Below are positions 51,126 to 64,000 of a stretch of 64,000 nt of DNA, in pieces. The position numbers and the translations under genes are program-made. Origin of the DNA: Balanoglossus misakiensis. Its lineage: Eukaryota > Animalia > Hemichordata. Position 1 is the stretch's first letter. Each line of letters opens with the position of its first letter. The notes beneath the pieces are model-generated. The model was given only the letters and a program-made list of their open reading frames with translations. It ran no database searches and was not told where the DNA came from. Where the stretch lies: positions 9,539,483-9,603,482 of the forward strand of contig CM082582.2 of the NCBI GenBank assembly GCA_040954595.2, in the 5' to 3' direction.

Positions 51126-52841
51126 ATGTCCAAGACCAAGTGGATCTGCTTCGTCCTTTCGTCGGTCGTCGTGTTGGGAAAAGAAGTGGTTGCAGAGTTG
51201 ACCTGCCCTCCCGGACGGTTCTTTGACGTCCTTTCAGACGGCTGCCACCCGTGTACGTTGTGTGATGACCCGGCTTCTGCCTTGAAGGTCCCCGGATGCG
51301 ATGAATGCCCGCGTAGTGAGTAAATATTCTTGATCTCCGGTGAGATTTGCCGAGTGTTGAGTTTTGTTATGAGGCCAAAACGCCAACGCCGCATAGCTTG
51401 CTCTGCACATCAAAAGGCTACGTCATGACATGGCCAATTTTATATGTGTCTATGTGGCTGCATTAGATCATAGCGCTTACGCTTGGGCAATGTTTAAAGC
51501 TATACTTGCGGTGCAACCTTTACCCTCTGAACGCACTACTTCAGATACTGCTGGTTGATTGGACATACCGGTAGTACCATTCTATCACTGAATCGCTCTG
51601 CAATCCAAGCTTTGAGGTCTCGTTCCGCTTATAGCTAACGCTAATCACAACTACAACTCAGATGATCAACAGGTGGTTGTTTTGCTGGTGTGACGTATAC
51701 GCTCTTGTAAGGAGACAAGTCTCTGTTTTCCATTAAAAGTGCAATTTTCGCGTACTCATTTTCTCAGCGGAGACGGATGTAACCCCTGGGACGCCCTCTT
51801 GCAACGATGACATGTACTATAATCTCAGAATGAAAGAGTGCATTCACTGTGTAACGTGTCAGGGAATCTCGGACGACCAAAAGAAGACCATCGGATGTGA
51901 CCAATGCATTAGTAACAGCGCCGAGGTCCCAGACCCAGTCGATGTCGACCAGCAGCCGAAGGAAGGTCAGACTTAAATATGGGTTCTTTGTCTACTCTGA
52001 TAATCAAAGATAGGCCAAGAATGAATCCGATGGTGGCAAAAATATCGTTGAAACCAAAAATCAAACAGAACTTGCGACAATAATACCAACCAACACAGCT
52101 ATCCAGCGAAAGTTACCTCATATGATTCTCATAGTATGCAAAAGGCAGTCGACGACAGAGACTAAGTCAGACGACACTTTGGACACTGATATCATGTCCG
52201 CACGTATTAATCGAAAGCGATCATATTCTTGAAATTTTCAGAGCATGAGATGAAGGTGCATTCTCCGATCACAGATCAGTTAAACTCGACGTCTTTCATA
52301 TTGATGGTGGCCGGTATAGCGCTCGGAATTGTCCTGCTCGTCGTGTCGTTTGTGTCAGTGGCATTTATTGTCTACAGACGTCGATACAAGATGGCTGCCC
52401 TTAAAGAGTTTCAGACACCACTCACTATGCCACCGGGCACAAAAGGTATTATAATTATGATTATTACGACTGGATATTATACAAATGCTATTTTTGTATG
52501 GAAAGACATAAGAGGCAAGAGAAAAGTAACGGCAACCAACATTAAAATCGTCCTTTTTTTATTTACCGCTTTTCTTCATAGGATCCACACCGGCAACTTC
52601 GATGGGTACCGTTGCTGAAGTCGTCATGGTCTCACCGACGTCTACCAAAATCACGACAAGAATAACACCTGCCCACATGCCCAGTGTGATAACTATCGAC
52701 GAACACAAGAGAGCTATGCCTAATAGGCAAACGCATGTAACAGTCAAAGACACCTGTTGCGTCGGCACACGTTCTGATAAGTACGAAATTATGGAGAACA
52801 ACAAACCGCAGTGTGCAAAGTATACTGAAAACTTTGATTAA
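51126..52841 (+). CDS. TNFR-superfamily-like receptor 4 (two six-Cys domains), about 283 aa
   Basis: Exons 51126-51315, 51768-51965, 52242-52445, 52582-52841, all phase 1. Signal peptide; CPPGRFFDVLSDGCHPCTLCDDPASALKVPGCDEC; CNDDMYYNLRMKECIHCVTCQGISDDQKKTIGCDQC; TM FILMVAGIALGIVLLVVSFVSVAFIVY followed by RRRYK. Confidence 0.78.
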
Positions 52842-53653
52842 GAATATCGTCCACTCGCTTAACACTCCCTCTTATTTTCATCAATAACGACGACGAAAAA
52901 TCACACAAATAAACCTCGCCCATCACTCTTGCTATAGGATGCCTACCCCGCCTTTTAATACGCGGGGTTCAATAAACTGATGTATTTATGTACTTATTTT
53001 TATATATATTATATCAACATGTATTTTTTAAAATCATCATCATGCTCCTAGCCATGATCAGCCACAATTTCGCTTTGAATGCCACCAATTTACAAATTTC
53101 CATCATCTGTCGACAATTTATCCGTTCGGGTAACATTTACCTTGAGAAGTTTGTTGAATTTTGTGTGACGGAGATCTTTTTTACATGTTATATGTTAAAC
53201 TGATTTACAAATTTCATCCACATATCGAAAAATCCGATATATGTTGTTTTCTTTATTTATGTACGTAATTTGGATTTATGAATTCATAATTTTCTTATAC
53301 AAAGTAGATGTATGATGTCAAATACACATTTTCACCATTCTGTAAGAATTTGTGATTGAATTATATTTTTTTTGACAAGAGCGATTTCTGGAATGTTTGA
53401 TATTTTTGAGTATTCATTTTATATTGTTCAAAATTGGCGTACTATTCTGAATCGGCCAATCCGGAGTTTTTCAAGCTTTCGGGGAAACCGTATTCGATAC
53501 TGTACCGTTAAAGTGCATTGCCTCATTGCAGCTACCTTTAAACTTTGGACTGGTACGTTACGCACAAAACTTTTAACAAAATTGTTGGTGGGAACGTCAG
53601 GTTGGTTTAAACTGATTGCAGGATTTAGGAGAACGCATTCCGAATTAATTATC

Positions 53654-55241
53654 ATGCAGGCGATCACAGGAATTGTCCTGCTTGCATGCATCATATCGGC
53701 GAGTGGTGACACTATATGGGGGAATTCTGAACTCGATTTCACTAGATTTCATCAGAGTCCAGCGGTGGCTGTTCACCTGTCCCTGGCCGGTCAGTCAAGC
53801 GTCGTTGCTTCATGGTTGAATGTAGGGGAGTTTAAACCAGAGGCACAACCACCGATATGCGCCTACGGTCGGACAGCGGACGCGTTCACCGCCATCGCGG
53901 CGGGCGAGGCGTACACCTACACGGCGGGTGATTTTGATTCCACGCTGAACAGAGTGACGATGGATCTCCAAAGAATCGGTTTCAAGCACGGAGAAGAGGT
54001 TTATTACAGGTGCTGCAATCCGGACCTGGGAGGTTGGAGTTCACTGTACAGTTTCACAGTGCGACAAGGGGGTCTGGACGACACTGAGCAGAGGTGGGAA
54101 CCGCCGTCCCTACCCGGGCCCAGGAGAAAAATTGCCCTGGTCGCCGACTTGGGCATACAGTTCGGGCAGAACACCGTTGACTCTATCAGCAGACACGTAC
54201 AGGGTGGAGAGGTGCAATTGGTCGTCCATGCTGGCGATATCAGCTACGCCGACGATTTCAGCCGAGTTCAACACAACAATTCGTTCGTGTGGACCGAGTA
54301 CATGGCGATGATAGAGCCCTTCGCAGCGCGTGTACCCTACATGGTTGGCCCTGGCAACCACGAAGCCCAGTACAACTTTGCTGCCTACCGAAACTGGTTC
54401 CACATGCCCCACAACGAGAGCCAATCGGAGTCCCCGTTCTATTACTCCTTCGACTACATGGGCGTCCACTTCGTCTCCATGTCAACGGAGCACGATTTCA
54501 GCCCAGGATCGACACAGCATCAGTGGTTGGAAAACGACCTGAGAAAAGCCGATGCCAATAGGAAGAATGTGCCGTGGATTTTTGTGCACGGCCACCGCCC
54601 TCTATATTGCAGCGGGGTAACGGCGTGGATAACAAGATGCACCGTGACAGGTCAAGCTCCCAGATACAGGGCCAACATGGAGGGTCTCTTTCACAAGTAC
54701 AAAGTTGACGTCTACATGGCGGGGCATAACCACCAATATGAACGATCCTACCCTGTCTACAACATGACTGTCACGAGTAAAAGTTATCACAATCCAAAAG
54801 GCACGGTTTACATCGTAAATGGTGCTGCAGGTAAAGTAAAAGGACTAAATAGTGATTTCTATTTTAATCTGAACTTACTTTTTTGAATACGAACCCGACC
54901 GATTTCTAAGTAAACATAGATCTATTGCTGGTGGTATATGGCTGCAACCGAGTCCAGTTCTAATACACCTTTGATTGACCACGATGAGTGAGACAGGGAT
55001 TACACACTTAAAAAATACTAAGTCAAATTGTTTTTTTTTTTCTTCTTCAGGGAATCCGGAGCTCAATGACCCGACCTTTGTTCCCGAGTCAATGGTTCCG
55101 TGGCGGGCCAAGATGGCCTTCACCGAAAACAATGGCTGGATGCTGATGGAAGTCAACGCAACCTCTCTGGATTTCACCTACTTGTTCAGCAAAAACGACG
55201 AGGTCTTCGATAGATTTACCATCACCAAGGACAGTGTTTGA
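53654..55241 (+). CDS. Secreted purple acid phosphatase (FN3-like N-domain plus metallophosphoesterase; acid phosphatase type 7-like), about 455 aa
   Basis: Exons 53654-54830 and 55051-55241 (phase 1). Signal peptide MQAITGIVLLACIISASG. All five PAP metal-ligand blocks are present: DLG, GDISY, GNHE, VHGH(RPLY), GHNH(QYERSYP). Confidence 0.92.
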
Positions 55242-58200
55242 AGACACAGTTCGAACCACCAATCACACTGAGCGGAAAATTATGTTTTGTATTTACTGAC
55301 AGCGAGACTGTATCATGATTAAATATTAATCTTGAGTGTATTTGCGTTTATGCTAGAATTAATGCAGAGAGAGAGAGAGGGGGGGGGGGAGGGAGAGATA
55401 CCCAAGGAACTTGAAAAAGTCATATCGAAGCTAATACCTGGAAACATTCATCAACTATGTCCCTCAGAACGAAAGGTCTACACATCCTACTGGTAAGTGG
55501 AACAGCCCAACAGTCACAATAAACTGCACGGTTTCGAAAATACGTACTAGTATTCAGAATGGTTGACGGTGACAGCTTGGTGGGTTAAAAAGCTAGTGTA
55601 ACGTGACTCGCCGATATCACCAGCCAAAAGGTAAGCCAAACGCGTCTTGTATAGTGATTTCACATTTCATTCGTTTGCCATTCAGTGATGGTGTCGTTTC
55701 TTCAACATAAAGATGACACACATCACAAACACACACACATTACTGCGGAAAGCAACTGAGAATTAATGCACTTGACAGCTGCATGTTAATCGTCTTTTCA
55801 ACCAAGGGAGATCAATTTGATGAACATGCACCATACTTTCTGAAATCGATCTATGTTCGATATAAGAAGAAATATCGCGGAAGTACAGCTTGCTGCGTGG
55901 TGTACGTTTGCGCCAAAGGAATTATGATAACGTAGGTCTCTAAACCTGAATCTGCTACGCCGTATAGCCTTTTGTTGTCAAAGCTTTACGTATTTGAAAC
56001 ATTTGTGTTATCCCGAATTGCTCATCTCCAATTTATGAATCGATTCCGCGATATCACTTGTGTAACATATGGTCGAATCAAGGGATATCGATGGCGAATT
56101 CTACAGACAGTACAATAGAGCTACAAAAGCAATCGAACGAACAATTAATTAATCTCGAATCGACATCGTGTTCCCTAAAGGTGCCTAAACCGGAAATAGA
56201 CAGTCGAGAATAACGAACAAAAACACTTTGGAAGGCATGCGGCTGCATTGAGCGAAAAATAAACTAGTGGCATACATACAAATACTGTCGACATTCGTGA
56301 TGCATTGTACCATAAAATGCAACGAATGCAATATTGACACGCACCGACAACAGATAGCAAGTAGAAAGATAACATGCACAGCACATATTGCATCTCTCGT
56401 TAAAAATAACACGGGCATCAACTATCGCACAGTCGCCCGTAAAAATCTGATTCGTCATTCGGCAACCGAGCCACGAATCTGGTTGGGCGATGTTCCACGT
56501 CTCGTAACAGTTATCCTCATAGGTTACCTTATTCGTGCACCTGTTGACCACGTGTTTGAAGAGTGAATTGACAAATGAAACTGCCCAATCATGAACAAAC
56601 CTCGCACCCTGTTCGAATGTGATACATGTATTTGATATTCATCGTCCATTTTTGCTGGTGGATCTGCATTACCAATGGGTGTCGAATTAGTAATTCAAAT
56701 CGGAATTTCTGTGCGAAGCAGTATGTTAATGTAACAGTTGTAGAATTAAAATACCCCCCGAACACTTGTGCGCAATATAGCACACCATCTGGTCAGATCT
56801 AGAGAATAGACATGTCAGGCAGTGGATGATTGATAGAGTGATGAATATTATATATACATAGAGAATGAAGTTATTTAAAAATGAAACTATTAAATGTCAT
56901 TTTCACTGCTCAATCCAATTAAGACTATTTATCCTAGATAATGGGAAAATACAGCATGTCTCGTTCTTCCAGACTGGTATTTAATATGTTTTTACTATCA
57001 ATATCTACACAATACGGTGTTTGTAGCAGACGTTGGGGGGGGGGGGGCACTGCACGAACATTTTGTCCGCCTAGTAATACACTATGCTGTTTTTTTCAAA
57101 TGTTCGATCCGGATTTGCATTTTGGTTAAAGGAAGATTACTATCTGATATGCACTATGTCTTTGTATCGAACAAAAATTACTGTATCTCTTGCTAGGCGT
57201 GGTGTGAAGCAATGTTATTTCTATCGTCCGTGATAAATATTAAGCTTAAGATGCGTTATTTTTGACAAATGGAAAAGGGTTATCCGATAAAAGCTTCGCA
57301 TATCTCCTCTGTTTGTGATTGATGCGTACCATTAATGGGGTTTTCGCGTTCCTTAGATAGAAATAGCTGTCGCCACGAGCGATTTGCGACGATAAGAAAT
57401 TGCAGCAGTGTTCAATAGGGGAAAACACACGTCTTTGGAACCTGTCTAAGGAATCCGATCGCGACGTCATGATTGGTTTCCGCTAGATCACAAAGCTCCT
57501 TTTGATGTAACGACGACCACGCAAGCATTCTATATGTTCTTTTCAATAAATGCTAATTGAGTGATTTGTCGGAAACTTAATTGTAATGTTTTTTAGTCGA
57601 GGAAATAAGATTTGTGATGCTATAGAGCATATCAGGCAGGTGGACACTATCTAAAAATGCCATGTATTAGAGTTAAGAGCTTCTGTTTATGTTACTAATG
57701 ATACAAACGTGATATGTCAGGCTGTATTATCACTCAATCGTTCAATCACCGAAACTCTAGACGTCAGCACTGGTCGGTCGTCTGTCTATACATAAAACGG
57801 CCGCCGGCAGATCGAATTCTGAACGGTTACTATAGTTACCTCTGAGAGGAAACTGAAGATCCGGCAGACGTTTCGACTTCAATCACTGTCATTACCCCCC
57901 CCCCCCTCCCCTGTCATGGGCAATGTACGCGCAGCTGACGTAATCGTCTGAGACACTGTAATGGCAAAAGCTGGTTCAGAAGCAAGCGTTGGTTTTATCG
58001 CAGAGGAGCAGAGGACTAGAAACGGCAAATGTAGTTTACAATACCAATAATGTCGAAGGTTGTGCAAAATGCCGGGAGCGTCATATCATAGGGGTTATCA
58101 TCAGCACGCGACTGCAAATCATCTATATCATGGTATCAGTATCAGTAGGGAAATGGCAATTCCACTGACGATTAAAGTTTGGGAGATTTCAAATGATAAT

Positions 58201-61200
58201 TTCAGAAAGCAATAATCTATGGGTGATAAAGGCAAAGTGTAATAATAATCTGGTCGCTACCTTTCGGGTTAAATGAAGTTCTGCGTTAAATTCTCTGTTA
58301 GTGTGTACATGTATTCGTGATTATTATTTGCCGCTCCGGTCAGGATACGATAACCATTAACGGTTAGAATAAGAGAATCGCAGCAAAACATATACGGGGT
58401 AGATTACATTGAAATGAGGCGAATGTTCTAGTTTTAGTAGAACACTGATCTGAACTGTTACAATTTAGATGAGCTTTTGAAGACACCGATCTTCTACGTC
58501 AGATGGAACAGACAGCGCTGGTGAATATACATAAACACGATTGGCACTACTTTGCTGTAATAGGATCTCGGAACTAGCCTGAAAATGTTATACATTTCGC
58601 TGTACCACTTGAAAATTATGGTTTTAAAAATGCAATTCTCTTAATTTTAGTAAATAACTAGCAATGCAGTTTCATTGGATTCAGATGATTTAAACGATAT
58701 TTGTGGATATCTCAAAATCATAAAGTAGTTCCGGTCGTGTTTATAACACTAGTATCAGACAAGATCACTACGCCTACACTTCCGCTATGTATACGCATTA
58801 TATAACGCTAGTGATTAAATGTCGATTTTAGAAAAAAAGTAAAAAGTCTACTTCTATGCAAATAAAACGTTCGTTGTAATTACTGTTCAGATTTAAGATT
58901 CCCCGGTGACGTCCGACAATGAAGTCTCGATTACTGAGGATTGGGGAAAAGGGATAAGTAATTGGCTTGTCAGATGGCTAGAAGAGAATTAATCTACTGT
59001 GTATAAAGTGTATTACTCATTTGCAAGTCTGTCTAGGTGTATGGTTATGTACAGGGTCTCATTCATATCGGAAGTCAGTGCATGTACACCTTTTAAAAGG
59101 AGAAATTTTGAACCGATTTACGTAGTCGGATCATCATTGTATTTTTCAGTCGCCGGTATAGAACAGCGACACACGGCGACCTTCAGCCTTAAGGCTGCAT
59201 TTACCCGAGTCAATATCATGTTAGCCAAATGGCCTTTGATTACCCACATGTCTTACAAGTTCCTGTTGGCGATTAGAGTAAATGATGATCGCTAGCTGGC
59301 TCATGGGTAACTCGATACAGAATGGATACATGCGATTAGCGTGCCATAGCACACATATACTCCGGAATATTTGTGCAACAGAGTGGGTCGTAATTAAACT
59401 GATTGATGTTGCAGACGATTCTTTCTGTTTGCACGTGCATGATTTGTGATCAATTATACGCCCCGCCGCTAGGGATATAGCACTCAGCTTGTACCACCGA
59501 GCCACTGAAATCTATGGATTCTCAGTAAGCGATACACTGCACCTAATATGAAAGGCCTCTGCCTGGAATAATTCAACGGTTTGAAATTGAAAATTGTGCT
59601 GTGGTCGGCACTTTGACATTACTTTGCAAATGATCAGGTGAAGATGTGTTTTACTCACATCAGGTGTAGCGAATGGCCAAAATATGCACAGTGGGGCACA
59701 CTATAATTCTCTGCGGTTTTAATTCATGGGAGTACTATTAAGACATGTCCATGAGCGGTCTTATTTAAATGAAGATGAATAACGCAATCACCATATCATG
59801 GCCAAAATTGATTCGACAACTCGGAGGTAGTAACAGATCTCGAAGTTAAAGGTTAAACTGAATGATGCAGATTGCTGTAATTGACGTTTTCATTAACTAT
59901 TTATAAGCGGGAAACAACATACATCACGCGGCCTGTCTTGTGATTAATTCTATCAATGACTTTTAATATTAAAACTCTCTGCGGATAGGGACGACAGGTG
60001 GGTACAGAATACCGTTATGTGTAACCTTACTGTCGATCAAATCGAAGTCTAAAAGGCACTGTATCTTGTGTAGTATAGTTTCTCGACAGCACACATTATG
60101 CAAATAGGCTAATAGCTGTGCTACTAATTTCGGAGGATTAATTGCAGGTGGAAAATGAGACATTAAACGTGATAATAAAAGGTCAGTCAGTCACAACTCA
60201 GTGATAAGAAGTCTCATAACACATTTCGACGGCAATTGAAAGCAGAATTATGTATTCCCACGCGAGAAATTAACCCCATCCTGTCATTTGAAGCTCGGAG
60301 AGGGGTTTCATACAAAACTTGACTTGTATTACATTAATATCTGGCAACCCGTTGCTACGGTATTAGCCAAGACTCGCGAGATCTCGCAATGAGCCGGACC
60401 CACACAACTCGCACGGCGGTGGTGACTCTTAATTGTAATACGATAGGAAACTACGGCACCAACAAACATTTCAGGTTGGCTGAATACTGAACATGACAAT
60501 ATTTCAGGTTTTCCAGTCGATACATTATTTTCAAGCATGAGCCAGTTTGACGAGACAGGTAATTTCCTGTCAAATGAAAAATGACTTCCTACGTGACATG
60601 TCTCCGATTAGCTACGCATTGTATAGCTACCATTTACATGCACCTGTAAGTCCCTGCGCATGACAATAAATCAAACCTAACGACCACAGGTGATGTCACG
60701 CTTCAGAGACATGGCTCATTTTGAACTTTCAGAATAAAAAAACATTCTTCTATAAAAGTGTAATTGATTACGTGATAGCCGACCCTCAGTGACAAAATAA
60801 CACAACACCTGCATAGAGGTGACCAGAACCCACTTATTCCACGGAGTGACAAACTGTTCCAGAGAACTCACACTTCCTGTTGTCATGGCTCCCAGTGCCT
60901 TAAAAATAGATTTTGACGTCATGCTAATGAAACAAATTATAGGTCCTGATAACAAAGTGCATCACGGGTGAGAAAGCCGACCCCTAACTGTCATCATGAG
61001 TTTAGCAGAAATATAGGGCACGGATTTGCTTCGTCGTTGTGTTTTGTAACCATGACGACCTTATCCACGATAATGGGAATTGGCCACAACAGTGCCTATT
61101 TGTGCTTTAAAGATTGATGGTGAGCAGAGAGGCACCGTGGCGGGGATACTGGCTGCTGGATCGTAAAAACGCAGTTGTCTGTGTACCACAAAGAGAGATG

Positions 61201-61394
61201 CCTCCGTTTGTAATATCTCATTACCCGCCATGCCCTGTTATTGGGGGGGGGGGGGAGAGACACTGCGATTCTGTACACCTGCGCAGAATGATCAGATATT
61301 TTACGATTTCCTCGACAGCCGCTTTCCACATCCAACATCGGTGGGAGACTGAACAGAAGAACGACTACAACCTGTCCCCGCCACGTGTGAGGTG

Positions 61395-63718
61395 ATGGTC
61401 GAAGCCGTATTCCCTTTGCGTAGGAATCCACTCTCAATGATTTGGACGTCGGTGGCGATTCTTCTGTCGGTCGTTGTCATGGTGGAGGTCAACTCCGACG
61501 GCGAAGACATTCTTGAAGACGGGATGAGGAATATCGATATCGGTAAGTTGACGACTTCCCGGTCAATCCGCGATTTAGATTTTTAGTAAGACCTCATTTC
61601 AATTTCCTCTTTTCGTCGACAGAGAACAGAAGCACATCAAGCTGCGGTGATGTATTCACAGACGACAATGCAAAGATCACGTCACCGTGTTCGCGGTGTT
61701 GGTATCCAAGCAACAGTTCGTGCCCCTTCCAGATATCGACTACTGCCACGAAGGCAATTTGGGTAAGTTGGGGAGGATATTTTGACAGTTTAGGGACCAA
61801 GGTTGGGCAGTATGACGAGGGGGGGGGGGCACGTGTAGAGGAGCAGTTCTCGTCGTCCAAGCCTCGTGATCGACAGAGCGACATAGTATACACACGTCAG
61901 CCTATAACTAGTAAATACGTTCACACGCAGACTTTTGACACAAAAACGCAAATAAAGTAAACTTTTATAACAGTAAATATATGCATTATGCGATGTTTCG
62001 TGTTTGCAGATCGAATTCACTGAGATCAACCTCCAATCGCCGCCAGAAGACTGCACAACGCACCATATACTGGTGTACGATGGTCCAAACGTGACGTCAC
62101 CACTCATCAAAACCATCTGTCCACAACACATATCTCCGGTCAACGTTCTTACAACAACGTCTGAAGCGTTGATCATTTTCCAGTCAGATTACACGCAGGC
62201 GCAGGAGAATTCCTCGTTTCGGGCAGAATACTTCACTTTTAATGTCGACGAGTTGCAGAGGCCAATATTCAACACTTATTCAGGTAAATGGGATTTTTCA
62301 TCCTCACGGGAACTGCACCTCTCAAGACTATGTGTATGCACATACACATTGCTACATAATATTAACACCGCTATGGCTGCGGGTCACCACATTTCCGACA
62401 GCACACATAAAACGCCTGCTGATATATACCAGAGTTCAGGAATACCCTCCTCCATTACTATTTCACTGTCCTGTATGGGTTGAATAACCACAAGCTTATT
62501 TAATGAGCATAGTAGTTATATTTTCAGATACACACCATATCATCAACGGCTACTTGTAAACTACCGAAGAAGCTAAGGCGTCGTTTTAACGAGCAAAAAC
62601 AGCAAAGCCTGCCGATTTTAATAATCCAGCAGTAAGAGCACATTCGCAGCTGCGTCCACCCCTTCCTTGACAATCTAAGACTCGTTAGCCTTTAGCCATC
62701 GAAGGGAAAACTCAAGATACCCTCGGATAATGGAACTTGAGTGTCTGCTGAAAGCAATTCTCATGTCCCCATGTGAATTCGAAAGCTTAATGCAAGCCTC
62801 CATTACAGCTGGCTGAGAACACAATTTAACACATATGCACCTGTTATTGGAGATTCACCCTGTATACGCACAAATGCAAATTTTTGAAAACACAATTGTC
62901 CCTATTGTAAGTCCTTCTTGTCTGTTCTTATTGATCTTTTAAACTGATCATGCTGCTCGTGTTAATTGTCTCTCTCATTGGGATGCAGTATAAATCCATG
63001 CAGTTATCCCAATGTCAGAGTATAAGGTACATTGCCCTAATTATTGTCAGGGTAATGGACAGCGTCTCACGCATGGCCGAGAATTGATGGTACATAAAAC
63101 TGATAAAGTCACTTCGTGTGACGAGGCGGTGTTTTCTGAGTGAGAGAGTAGGCGATAGAATCAGAGATATTTTGCAGCAATGGCATCGTGATTAACGAGC
63201 CTGAGGTTTGGTGTGTCTCCGCTGAGATAGGTAAACTACTAGTATTCTCGCGATCTGACCGTTAGTATTATGTTCGGATGATGAGTCAGGTACATTCAAT
63301 AGAGTCCGCTACAATATCACGATTTGTGTCACCTGGCTTACTTGTATTTCTCTCTTTCTTTCTTTCTCTTATTCTTTTGTTCATAATAATTGAACAGTAT
63401 GTGAAGATAATGTAGCGATGGCAAGAAACGGTATAGTGCGTTCACATTCCAGTTACCCCGGTAACCAGTACGAAACAAATGCTTATTGTAAGTTACTGCT
63501 GGTTCCCGCCAGAAGATCACGTGGTTTTAACATTGAGTTCTCTGACGTGAGCCTAAACACAACGAGTATAGGTAATGTATACACTTCAATTCTTGATTAT
63601 GCCTTCCGGAAAATGCAAGTATCCTGTCTTTAACAGGAAAATGCTGTGTTATGTAATGTTCTGAATGTGGCCAATAGATCCATCCGACGCAATGTTGCAA
63701 TGTTCTGTCATTATATAT

Positions 63719-63797
<79 letters not shown>

Positions 63798-64000
63798 TTT
63801 TAGGATGCAAAGATGTCGATATTGATCGTTGCGAGAATGAGTGGATTTCCGTCAGGAGAGTTTCGAGTGCCAAAGTTCTGCCGCAGAAGATTTGCAGACG
63901 TGACCAAAGGAAATCACTTTTCATAAACACTAAAGGCCGACCAGTCTTACTTGAGTTTGTCACAAACCTACACAACTCTAGCGAGTACAGGGGGTTCACT
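61395..64000 (+). CDS. Signal-peptide protein with at least two CUB domains; 3' end lies outside the window
   Basis: Exons 61395 (or ATG 61437)-61542, 61623-61762, 62010-62283, 63398-63571, 63804->64000, phase-consistent. CUB hallmarks: CGDVFTDDNAKITSP..YPSNSSC, IEFTEINL..DC..ILVYDGP..IC, IIFQSD..FRAEY; second domain SHSSYPGNQYETNAYC...LEFVTN...RGFT. Confidence 0.8.
63717..63801. repeat. (ATTT)n microsatellite directly before a 3' splice site
   Basis: About 20 ATTT units ending at tag| (63801-63803). Confidence 0.92.

Noticed and set aside
53372-53653. 94-aa N-terminal extension of the phosphatase ORF
   Set aside because: Starts at TTG; the signal peptide begins at ATG 53654.
55300-61390. 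6-kb gap before the CUB gene with short ORFs and a TATA-like stretch near 57788
   Set aside because: No coherent exon chain or domain; it may hold UTR exons or enhancers but this cannot be supported from sequence alone.

Overview
Intron-containing eukaryotic DNA, probably an invertebrate animal (deuterostome-like by inference, not verified). I reconstructed 12 protein-coding genes by hand from GT-AG boundaries, intron phase and protein motifs. In order: ZFP64-like C2H2 zinc-finger gene (-); a convergent pair of two-exon NTF2/SnoaL-like (DUF4440-type) genes; a water-type aquaporin (+); two tandem 17-exon copines (-); four tandem small type-I membrane receptors with Fn14/BCMA/TACI-like six-cysteine domains and no death domain (+); a two-exon purple acid phosphatase (+); and the 5' part of a signal-peptide CUB-CUB protein (+). 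The best candidate for an undescribed system is the TNF-receptor-like array at 40.8-52.8 kb. One member appears chimeric: a duplicated first exon of its neighbour lost its signal peptide and gained a new splice acceptor. The array also carries kappaB sites, p53-type sites and a recurring TGCCA-N3-CAGAC motif. All gene models are predictions without transcript support.
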